33,198 nucleotides of DNA from Octopus bimaculoides (Eukaryota): NCBI RefSeq assembly GCF_001194135.2, contig NC_068984.1, forward strand, positions 91,302,013 to 91,335,210, read 5' to 3'. Under the pieces are notes generated by a model that ran no database searches, had not been told where the DNA came from, and worked only from the letters and a program-made list of their open reading frames with translations. Positions within the stretch are counted from its first letter, which is position 1. Each line of letters begins with the position of its first letter. Positions 21,523 to 31,838 of this stretch are shown in pieces. Made by a program: the position numbers and the translations under genes.

Positions 21523-21609
21523 TTCCTACACATGTTTCAAAATATATATGTGCTCTCCTCCAAAGAAGTAAGAGCTGCTGGAATTCCACATATATTCATT
21601 GTCAGGGAA
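21523..21609 (-). ncRNA. Degenerate hammerhead motif
   Basis: UUCC-CUGACAA-UGAAUAUAUGUG...CACAUAUAUAUUUU-GAAA-C-AUGU-GUA/GGAA. Stem I UUCC:GGAA, 9-bp stem II helix, G8A change. Confidence 0.55.
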
Positions 21610-21684
21610 CCAACATATAAAGGCAAGACAAATGCAAAATGATGTGGTAATTTACGAGCTATAATATTATATGAACTTATTAGT

Positions 21685-23356
21685 GCAGTCTGGAGGGGTG
21701 GTGCAATGCCTAAGGACTGGAAGAATGCAATTATTCTTCCTCTCTATAAAAGAAAAGGAGCCAGAACAATGTGTGGCAACTACAGAGGTATTGCTCTACT
21801 ATCAGCTGCTGGCAAGGTTCTGGCAAATATTCTTCTTACTCGACTGGANNNNNNNNNNTGCTCTACTATCAGCTGCTGGCAAGGTTCTGGCAAATATTCT
21901 TCTTACTCGACTGGATGGGTGTCTTGTAAAAGATGTCCTATCTGAATTTCAATGTGGCTTCCAATCTGGTAGAGGGACAATGGATATGATTTTCACAGCA
22001 AGATAGATGCAGGAGAAGTTCTATGGGCAGAATATAGATCTTGTCCAGGTATTCATTGATTTAACAAAGGCCGTTGATACTGTGAATAGGGCAAACTTAG
22101 ATGTCTGGATCACTTTGTATCTATAATTAAATCATTTCATGATGGGATGGAGGCTTGGGTCAGTGTTGGTGGTGGCATGGCTGGACCCATTCCTGTAGAG
22201 AATGGTGTCAAGCAGAGTAACATCCTTGCAACTCTCTTTTCTTTGTACTTTGCTGCTGCTTTTACTCATGCTTTTGCTAAGGTTAGCTCTATGGGAATAT
22301 ATGTCAGGTATCAATCTTCTGGCTGCCTCTTTAATCTGCGCCAATTTGCTGCCGATTCAAAGGTTCTCCAGTCTATTATTCATGACCTCCTTTATGCAGA
22401 TGACTGTGACTTAGTCATTCATACAGTGGATGACATGCAAATACTCATGAATTGTATTTCTGCTTCTTGCAAGGCATTTGGACTCAGCATTAGCCTGGAC
22501 AAGACTGTTGTAATGTTCCAGCCTGCACCAGGAAATCCATATGTGGTACCAGCTATCTTGGTTGAAGGAACAATTCTGAAGGTAGTAGACAAATTTGTCT
22601 ACCTGGGCAGCACACTCAACTCTTCTTGCTCCCTGGATGATGAAATATCTTTCAGGTTGCAGAGAGCAACTGATTTCTTCCGGTCTCTTCAGTCTTGTGT
22701 CTGGTCCCAACATGGCATCACAAAGCAAACAAAAATTGCTGTGTACTGTGCATGTGTACTGACATTGCTCATTTACTCATGTGAGACATGGACCCTTTAC
22801 AAACGTCATGTAAGGGTCCTTGAACACTTTCATCAGAGATGTCTCGGACACATTCTGAATATTGGCTGGACCTTAAAAACTCCTGAGGACAGTTGATATC
22901 TTGAGTATTGAGGTGATGGTGCACAAGCACTGATTACATTGGACTGGACACTTTATTAGAATGAAGGATAGTAGGATCCCTAAGCAGATGCTATATGGAG
23001 AACTTGTGAATGGAAAGAGACCCCGGCAAGTCCTCATTAAAGACTTGTGATATGCAGGAGACTGACTGGGAGAGCAATGCCTGTCATTGCCACAGATGGA
23101 CGAAGCAGGTTAAGGAGCAGGGTTAACACTTTTGAGAGAGCACGTATTCTGCATGAAGAACTTAAGTGTGCTGCTTGAAAGCACACTGCTGGTGTGCTGA
23201 ATGGGGAAAGCTTGGTCTGCAATGTTTGCAGTCATGTATGCTTGTCAAGAGCAGGGCTCATTAGCCACCAAGGGAGCCACAAATTCAAAATATAAGTTAA
23301 TCCTAGAGCACACAATGTTCCTGAAGTCAATAGTCTTCCTCAGTCACAAGTGGATG

Positions 23357-23364
<8 letters not shown>
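21685..23364 (+). mobile_element. 5'-truncated RTE LINE of a second (BovB-like) lineage
   Basis: WKNAIILPLYKRKG...NYRGIALLS, QCGFQSGRGTMDMIF, FIDLTKA, GVKQ, LLYADD, FVYLGS, YSCETW, HWTGH, and C-terminal CNVC...GLISH. Stops and a deletion present. Confidence 0.9.
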
Positions 23365-23398
<34 letters not shown>

Positions 23399-23432
23399 NN
23401 NNNNNNNNATATATATATATATATATATATAT

Positions 23433-23590
23433 ACAACGGGCTTCTTTCAGTTTCCATCAACCAAATCTATTCACAAGGCTTTGTTTGGCCTAAGGCTATA
23501 ATAGAAGACACTTTCCCAAGGTGCCTTGCAGTGGAACTGAACCCAGAACCATGTGGTTGGGAAGCAAACTTCTTACCACACAGCCGTGCT
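23433..23590 (-). mobile_element. SINE family A, 5' half
   Basis: ACGGGCTTCTTTCAGTTTCC...CCCAAGGTGCC...GAACCATGTGGTTGGGAAGCAAACTTCTTACCACACAGCC. Confidence 0.85.
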
Positions 23591-24235
23591 ATGCTATTAT
23601 TAAGAGTAAATTTATAAAGAAAAAATGGAAACAAGAAAATTCTTTGAAAAGTAAGACAGTATTTGCAATTTAACTAAACAGCTTCTGGTTTCAGTTGCTT
23701 TAAAATGTTGATCTAGTCATGCTAAAATAAAAGAAAACATACATTGAAATAAATTAAATTGAATTAATTTTTCATTATATCAGTTCTTGAAGTTCATGTT
23801 TTTCTAATAATGATTGCATGGTGCTGTATTTCTTTTCCATCTGATTGNNNNNNNNNNNNNNNNNNNNNNNNNNNNNNNNNNNNNNNNNNNNNNNNNNNNN
23901 NNNNNNNNNNNNNNNNNNNNNNNNNNNNNNNNNNNNNNNNNNNNNNNNNNNNNNNNNNNNNNNNNNNNNNNNNNNNNNNNNNNNNNNNNNNNNNNNNNNN
24001 NNNNNNNNNNNNNNNNNNNNNNNNNNNNNNNNNNNNNNNNNNNNNNNNNNNNNNNNNNNNNNNNNNNNNNNNNNNNNNNNNNNNNNNNNNNNNNNNNNNN
24101 NNNNNNNNNNNNNNNNNNNNNNNNNNNNNNNNNNNNNNNNNNNNNNNNNNNNNNNNNNNNNNNNNNNNNNNNNNNNNNNNGCATAAGCTCAGAGTCCTAT
24201 TTGTATGGCCATATTTTAATGTGATCTATGTATGA

Positions 24236-24556
24236 CAGGGGTTTTCAAACTTTTTGACTTGCGGACCCTTTTATATTTCAGGCTTTACCTTAGAGACTCC
24301 CTTATAAACGCTTATGAAATTTATACATAAATATTTGCTTAAAATAACATATATTTTTACATTTGTTTATTTAACAGTATTTAACAAATAGGTTTATTGT
24401 CAATTAAAAGATTTCGATTAAAAACCATATATAAAATCAAATTGCCCATAAAAAGTATTTGCTGTTCACGGACCCCCTGTCTTGTCCTTGCGGACCCCCT
24501 GTCTTGTCCTTGCGGACTCCGTCTTGTCCTTGCGGACCACAGTTTGAAAACCACTA
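24236..24556. mobile_element. hAT (Charlie-like) MITE, 321 bp
   Basis: TIRs CAGGGGTTTTCAAACT / AGTTTGAAAACCACTA; perfect 8-bp TSD ATGTATGA (24228-35, 24557-64); subterminal ~22-bp tandem repeats. Confidence 0.92.
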
Positions 24557-24797
24557 ATGTATGACACATTGTCATAAAGCATTTCTCATTTGATCAATGT
24601 GATGTTTTCCATATCTTGAGCATGTTATTGCATAGATTAGGCTTTCAGATGCACAGATAAAGTTATTTCTTATTGTGAAAAATTGTCCCTGTTTGAAACA
24701 GATCTCTGATCCTTCTGTCAGGTTAAAATATATGCCACAGTTGGATCTTTTGCCTTTTATTTTTGTCCTGTTGTTATTGTGTAAAATTTGACATTTG

Positions 24798-25069
24798 TTA
24801 TTTTTTCATTGATCTGTATTGACTTTTACTCTTTGTGATGGTTTGTATCTTGATGACTTGGTTCAGTCTGGAGTCCTTTTTCAGTAACGGTATGACTTGG
24901 AATATGATGTTGTTGTAAACCTCATTGTTATGGAGCTTGTAGGTAGAACTGTATGGCAGGACCTTCAATTTTGACTTATTTCTTTGGATTTTGTTTGTCT
25001 TAGTTCCTTTATACTGAATTTCTTGGCTCATTGTATTCCATTATTGATTAAGGATAGTGGATAATTCCT
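24798..25069 (-). pseudogene. Probable Penelope-like element ORF remnant (region between RT and GIY-YIG)
   Basis: Minus-strand pieces RNYPLSLINNGIQ*AKKFSIKELRQTK and VLPYSSTYKLHNNEVYNNII...LLKKDSRLNQVIKIQTITKSKSQYRSMKK resemble the PLE RxYP...I...A and LP...TY.P...I...K.L patterns. Recognised by eye only. Confidence 0.5.
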
Positions 25070-25575
25070 GTTCTGTTAGGAAATAGAAATGTTATTCTTA
25101 TCAGTATATCTGCATCAGGTGTAAATCTTTGCTTGAGAATTTCTACTTAGAAGTTGAGTTAAATATTGAAGTCACAAACATTGACTAAACAAGGGAAATC
25201 TTACTTTATTGCAAGAATGATGCAATGAACTTCCCTTCTAATAAAATATGTGCTTGAAACAACATTTTCATAAAGCAACCATTCTAATACTACAGATCAA
25301 AGAACTGGTATTTGTATTTATAATTGCGTCAATCCTACCTCAAAAATATTCACAAAATTAATCCACTGACTGTTGTAGAATCCTGACCAGATAATTATAT
25401 TTGAGAAACTAAAATAGAAAAAGAATTTATGGGGAATTTTCAACTCAGCAAGTTTAGAAAGAAGCTAAATTAGGAAACAGAAAAATGAAACTAATTATTA
25501 CCTTGGATGTAACTTGAAAATGGTACCAAGTACATATGCATGCTTTATTAAAATTTATTTATTATTCAAAATTCA

Positions 25576-27066
25576 TCTATATATATAAAAATGAGAATGT
25601 GTGTGTGTGTGTCTGTCTGTCTGTCTGTGTGAATCCCTAAAACTCGAGAACTACGCAATCAATTTCATTCAAATTTTACACATGCCTTACTTAGGGTTCC
25701 AGTAGTGTTTTAGTCAAAAACAATTATTAACTTCTTGCAGAGTTCGAGCACACGGCAACATAATATCTCCTCCACTATTTAAGTATTACGTGTCAAAAGT
25801 GAAACAAAAACACTCATGTCAAATACTTTCACTTTAAAAATGAAACTATTCCACTAACTGAAACAATCACATTTCGATACTGTAGTGACAGATACTTTCA
25901 CAGAGAGAGAAAGAGAGAAAGAGAGAGACAGAAAGAGAGAGAGAGAGNNNNNNNNNNNNNNNNNNNNNNNNNNNNNNNNNNNNNNNNNNNNNNNNNNNNN
26001 NNNNNNNNNNNNNNNNNNNNNNNNNNNNNNNNNNNNNNNNNNNNNNNNNNNNNNNNNNNNNNNNNNNNNNNNNNNNNNNNNNNNNNNNNNNNNNNNNNNN
26101 NNNNNNNNNNNNNNNNNNNNNNNNNNNNNNNNNNNNNNNNNNNNNNNNNNNNNNNNNNNNNNNNNNNNNNNNNNNNNNNNNNNNNNNNNNNNNNNNNNNN
26201 NNNNNNNNNNNNNNNNNNNNNNNNNNNNNNNNNNNNNNNNNNNNNNNNNNNNNNNNNNNNNNNNNNNNNNNNNNNNNNNNNNNNNNNNNNNNNNNNNNNN
26301 NNNNNNNNNNNNNNNNNNNNNNNNNNNNNNNNNNNNNNNNNNNNNNNNNNNNNNNNNNNNNNNNNNNNNNNNNNNNNNNNNNNNNNNNNNNNNNNNNNNN
26401 NNNNNNNNNNNNNNNNNNNNNNNNNNNNNNNNNNNNNNNNNNNNNNNNNNNNNNNNNNNNNNNNNNNNNNNNNNNNNNNNNNNNNNNNNNNNNNNNNNNN
26501 NNNNNNNNNNNNNNNNNNNNNNNNNNNNNNNNNNNNNNNNNNNNNNNNNNNNNNNNNNNNNNNNNNNNNNNNNNNNNNNNNNNNNNNNNNNNNNNNNNNN
26601 NNNNNNNNNNNNNNNNNNNNNNNNNNNNNNNNNNNNNNNNNNNNNNNNNNNNNNNNNNNNNNNNNNNNNNNNNNNNNNNNNNNNNNNNNNNNNNNNNNNN
26701 NNNNNNNNNNNNNNNNNNNNNNTCTCTTGGAAGAGCCCTGCTTCTCACATGGACAACTGTATGTTGGCTGCTCAAGAGTGGGCAGCAACAAAAAACCTAT
26801 TTGTATATGCTCCACAAGGGAAAACAAGGAACATAGTTTACAATGAGGTGTTATAATCACAACAGCAAGAAAGTATGTACATGATCACCTTCTTTTATGA
26901 AACTTCATTGACTTTCATATATTTATATTGATATACATATATATACGTGTGTTTGGGTGCGTGTGTGTATATACATCTCTATATATAAAGATGATGCGTA
27001 GTCTAGACGGCATTTTTAGATTTCATTATTCTCTTTAACCCGGGCAACGCCGGGTATTTCTGCTAG
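25576..27066 (+). mobile_element. Helitron (non-autonomous or gap-interrupted)
   Basis: A|TCTATATATATAAAA 5' end; 3' hairpin CCCGG-GCAACG-CCGGG (27039-27054), 8 nt, then CTAG|T; helicase tail inside. About 775 N interrupt it. Confidence 0.88.
26723..26856 (+). pseudogene. Helitron RepHel PIF1-type helicase C-terminal remnant
   Basis: LEEPCFSHGQLYVGCSRVGSNK, then a +1 frameshift in an A run, then NLFVYAPQGKTRNIVYNEVL*. FSHGQLYV..SRV is the characteristic motif. Confidence 0.88.
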
Positions 27067-28203
27067 TTAACAATAAAGAAGTTGTATTTGAGAAATAATC
27101 AGACAATATTCAGTTGATACAAATGCTAAAGTTTCCTTTATTTTTTTCACTGTTTCCATTTTTCCATTTTGCAACTGAAATATAATCAAACAAACCAATT
27201 ATTATAGGTACAAATATGAACTCAGTTTTTCTTTTGAATGTCCTTAATATAAATATGCACCTTCATTTGGAGTAAATTTCCACAACAGAACAATTCTACT
27301 GTTTTAGGGGACTATATCACATCTGTTATGTTATGAAGAAATTTTAATTAATACATTTCATTTATATTCCTTACTTGGAAGGTTACTTGGTGATCATTGT
27401 CAAGTATCTTTTATACTTTTATCTGAAATGCCCTTCCTACAAATGTCATTGTATATTCCTTGGAGAAAACGGTATGTAGATATCTTGATGAGTTTGCTTG
27501 CATAAAAGTTAACTCTTGAAATTTCATTTTTAATCATTTCTTTCCTAGAAATAACATTTGAGTCAATAAGAAGGTAAACTTAGAAATGGAATCTTAACAT
27601 TGATTCGTTTCACATGCCCAAGAATTCAGGTTTATAGTGAATAAGAAATAACATTGTGTGATGTCCATAACTTTCAGAAAAGCATTAATAACATCAGTTA
27701 AATTAAACAACTACAACACTAGAATAGAAATCGTGTTGCACTTTTAGATAAATATTTAAAACATGTCTGATTACAATTAAGATTTCTTAATATAGTAGAA
27801 TGGTATCAAGTAATTTTTCAACTGCGTAGTGTATAAATTATAAGTGGTTCAAGTAGATAATGATTTGGACAACATATGCAGAAATGGCAATATCTTATTA
27901 CAATGACTTGTAATTCACAATGGTCCAATTTATGAAGTTCCATTCAGGTCCCACAAGTTTCTACATTTTGTAGCTGTTAGTAATGTAAACATTGTAATTT
28001 AATGAGTATTTTGTTAACTTCAGAGTTAACTTTAACTTTTCATGTTGGTATGGCTTTGTTTTCAGTACCCCTCTCTCTTTCCACCATGACCTTAATGAGA
28101 GACAGAAACCACTAACACTATAGGCCAAAATAATATAGATTCCACTTATTCAATTCAACATTTCCCTAATTTTGGAGCATATAGATGGCTTAGTTGTATA
28201 GGA

Positions 28204-29237
28204 TAGTGTTTCTAAAAGTGGGTTTTCAGGAATTTCATGAAAAAAATTATGGTGTTCCATAAGATAAGGTGTCTTTTAATAAAATGTTGTTTTATAAAAT
28301 AAATGGTATTTGCCATTTTCAAATAAAAAAAGTTATTTTATATAAATAAATTCTTTTTATAAAATAATTTTTGCTTCATTGAACAAAAAATATGGGTTTG
28401 GTTTCCATTTCTTTTGAAAATCTTATAATAGGCTCCATGCCAAAATATGAGGTGGTGTCAAAAAATTCCTGGACTAGTTCTGTAGCACATCAACAGATGG
28501 CAGCATATGGTTGTGTGTACAGTGAGAGCTAGCAGTGACCTTCATGAGGCAGTGTGCCGAGTGATATCACTATGTTTACTTCGCAAGTTGTGAAATTTGT
28601 GTTTTTGTGATCACATGTGAAATTTTGTGTTGAACCTGGAAAGTCTGCTACAGAGACATTGAACATGTTTCGGCAAGCTTCTGGTGACAAGACAATGAGT
28701 GATCTAGAAGACCTGCCACGAGCATCACCCCTGGAAATGTGGTATTGTGCATTGAGAATTTGTCCCCAAGGGCCAGACCATCAACTGAGAGTTCTACTGC
28801 CATGTTTTGAAGCATCTGAGGGAGGACATTCGGTGAAAGCAACCAGATCCGTGGAGTGTGAAGAATTGGATTCTTCACTGAGCTCGCCTCACTTGTGAGT
28901 TTCTCACCAAAAACAACATAGTATTGTTTCTACACCTGCCTTATTCACCAGATTTAGCACCTGCGGACTTCAATCTCTTCCCCAAGATGAAAATGCAGCT
29001 CAAAGGTTGCGTTTTGTTGAGATTGAGAGTAAATTGCAGAAGGTCCTTGACTCGTATATGGAAAATTACTTCCAGGCTGGATTTCAAAAGTGGCAGGAAT
29101 GCTGGGACCAGTGTATTGCTGCACAAGGTGACTACTTCGAAGAAGATGATGTTAAAACTTAGGTAAATAAGTTATTTTTTTATTAAACATAACTAGTCTG
29201 ATGGTTTGATACCACCTCATAAGTTTGAGAATCACCA
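28204..29237. mobile_element. Old hAT MITE split by a mariner insertion
   Basis: Left end TAGTGTTTCTAAAAGT, right end AGTTTGAGAATCACCA. Flanks GTATAGGA / ATATAGGG are a 6/8 match to an 8-bp TSD. Confidence 0.6.
28448..29219 (+). mobile_element. Internally deleted copy (772 bp) of the same mariner family as 6469-7783
   Basis: TA-TGAGGTGGTGTCAAAAAATTCCTGGACTAG left TIR; right end ...GATACCACCTCA-TA; KFCVEPGKSATETL and HLPYSPDLAPADFNLFPKMK remnants. Confidence 0.9.
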
Positions 29238-29448
29238 ATATAGGGTATCAAATAAATAACCAAGATGTCTAATATCTTTTATCCTATCATTGAATAGTGT
29301 GTATCTTGTCATGGCCAAAACACTCAATATTCAAAGACTGAGTTCCTGAACTACAGAGTTGTATTACTCATTTCTATAATCTTGATGAGTGTATCTGGAA
29401 TTGCAGTGCTGAGTTTTAGTACAAAAAGTTATTTCAATAGAAAGCTAA

Positions 29449-29657
29449 CAGAGTATTCACTTTAATTTTTTGTAGTTTATGTGTGCAAAAATTTTATGCT
29501 GTGTAATTTTGTCATATGACAGTAATATATGCACACCGAATTTAAAAGAAGTATAATTAATAATTACTACATTATTTTAGATGCCTGAATTTTTGTGCAC
29601 ACATTAATTTCTTTTATGCACTGGTTGCAAAATGTGTGAATCTTAGAGGGAACAGTG
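29449..29657. mobile_element. Possible degraded hAT MITE
   Basis: Right end CTTAGAGGGAACAGTG is typical of CAGTGTTCCCTCTAAG-type elements. Left end is weak and no TSD is seen. Confidence 0.3.
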
Positions 29658-31114
29658 GGCTGGTATCATATCTTGGGAGATTTATCTTTCATCCGTTCAA
29701 CTGCTGTAGAAACCAAAGCATAAACCAATGATAAGCACTAATTTAGTAGTCAACAGGAATCAGTAGAAAGACATGCATTTCAACTTTTAACTATAATCTA
29801 AGTAAAAGTTGGCTTGGATTAAAAACTAGGATTTTAACTTTAAGCCTTAAGATAGTGTGTACCATACCATTCTTTCTATAATTATTGTATGAATAAAAAT
29901 CAGCTTGCATTTGAGGGCTCATGATGATAAAATGATAGTTATGTTAATGACAGCAAAACTATATTGAAAACCTTTGAACCATGTTTTCATGTTCATTATG
30001 AATGATTCAATGGTAGGTATGTGAGAGAGGTTTAGTGTTATCTTCTGCAGGCTCTTCAGAGTAGTTTGTGGTAAGCCATCCAAAAGTATGAAACATCAAT
30101 TTCTACAGTTCTTACTGTTTAACGTGATGAACTGTATCATGCCATTATACTTTATAAACAAGTTATGTTGCCAAGTAAGTGGCATCTATTCTTCAATTTT
30201 AACATTTTAACATCCGATATTATAACATATATGTTATATATGTTATATTAAAAGATGTAATATATTTCAACTTTTAAATATATTATCATTGTTGTAAGTC
30301 TTGATTTTGTAAGATTCAATTAAAAACTTTACTTTCTCAGATAGCTAAATTTTAAGATAGTGAACAAAGAGAAAAATGAAAGCTTGTAAGAAACTGAGTT
30401 TTCCTCCTTTATAAAAAAGAAAAGGAAAATTATGAAAACTTCATTTTACATATAGAAATTCTAAGCACATCAACTTCTATAAATAGATATAGCAAAACTA
30501 CTAGTATTAGTTTGTTTACAACAGTGTGAAGGCTTCAGTTTTAATTTGATTAACAACTAAAGAGAATTTTGTTATACATATGGCTATATATATGTTTTAG
30601 TATATCTCATTTACATGAACTACTATAAGATAGCTGTATTCCAGAGACGCTGAAGTTTAAGTTGATTGGATATTGAACAACTAGCATAGGACTTGATGCT
30701 TTGTTTTGTTATTTTCCCTGTGGTGTATCTACAATCAAGATAATTTTTACCTTCCTAGTTAGCAGGCTGTAAGTTGGTATTACAATATGGAATGGTTACT
30801 ATTATAAGCTGCAGTAGCACTGTAAATTCAAATGTTTTGTCAGCTCTCAGTGCTGGGTGTGTGTGTCTAGACTTACAATGTATGGTTGGGTTGTTTATGT
30901 AACTCTTCCTCTCTGAGCCATGAATACACTGTTCACATTGATCAACTTATGCTGTTCCCCAGCTTTCAGTTAGTTAAATTTTACCTCTGAGTTACACTTC
31001 CCACCACTCCCTCTTTCTTACTTTTGTTTTCTGCCCTAACTAAGTGCAAGATAATGTTGTGAAACCAAGCAACAGATTAAGTGTATTACCTAAGAACAGG
31101 AATAGTCTATCTGG

Positions 31115-31310
31115 TGGGCTTCGTACACTTTCTGTTTACCAAATTTCATTTACAACTTTGGCAGTATCTACTACCATAGTCATATGTCAACTTTGGTTGA
31201 CATATGACTATGGTAGCAGATACTGCTACCATAGATGCCTGCAGTGGAATTGAACCTTAGAGCCATGTAGTTATGAAGCAAACTTAACTTCACACACATA
31301 GCCATACTTG
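31115..31310 (-). mobile_element. SINE family A 5' remnant containing a 66-nt near-perfect palindrome
   Basis: GGGCTTC...TTTCTGTTTACCAAAT and GCAGTGGAATTGAACC...CCATGT...GAAGCAAACTT...CATAGCCATAC flank the hairpin at 31161-31226. Confidence 0.6.
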
Positions 31311-31750
31311 TACCCATTACATGTATGACTGACGATACATGTAATTCATATACCAATAGACATTTATAATTTCTTTATTTCTCACTGATGAGTCTTTGAT
31401 TAGTTACATATATGATTAAATAACCAGCTGTTTTAAAAACAAGAAAAAAAATCGTGTTGGATGAAGATGGAATTATATGCAAAAGTTTATTTTAATAGTC
31501 TATAAATATTGAAATAAAATGATAAGAAGCAGAAAAGAAAAGGTGAAAGCAAGCTTTAAACTAAAGCATTTTATTTTTCAAACATAAAACTAAGTGATAG
31601 TAGTTCTGGCAACAATTTTTGTAATTAAAAGGAATGCAACAGACAGAACAATATGCAGGAAATCTGTTTATAAAAAGAAATATTTGGCAACAAAAACTCC
31701 TTGCATTTTAGATTTCATTTGATTATAACTGTAGCTGAATAGTGAAATGC

Positions 31751-31838
31751 ATGAATTAGGGCTTGAAAACCACAATCACCATAGGGCTTGAAATATATAA
31801 TAATATATGAATTAGGGCTTGAAAGCCACAATCACCAT
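31751..31838. repeat. 32-bp direct duplication with a partial third copy between
   Basis: ATGAATTAGGGCTTGAAA(A/G)CCACAATCACCAT at 31751 and 31807; TAGGGCTTGAAA at 31782. Confidence 0.85.

Noticed and set aside
21792-21915. Exact 57-bp direct repeat inside the RTE LINE
   Set aside because: The two copies flank a 10-N gap; this is the typical unmerged contig-overlap artefact.
24468-24538. Regularly spaced repeats resembling a CRISPR array (also 16694-16850)
   Set aside because: Contiguous tandem units without unique spacers, inside eukaryotic transposons, and no cas genes.
23804-26860. Long ORFs of 113-323 aa
   Set aside because: Made almost entirely of N-gap codons. Only the Helitron helicase tail is real.
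31310-31400. CTGACGA and CTGATGAGTC cores plus an 11-bp hairpin
   Set aside because: No downstream GAAA or stem III. At most a truncated remnant.
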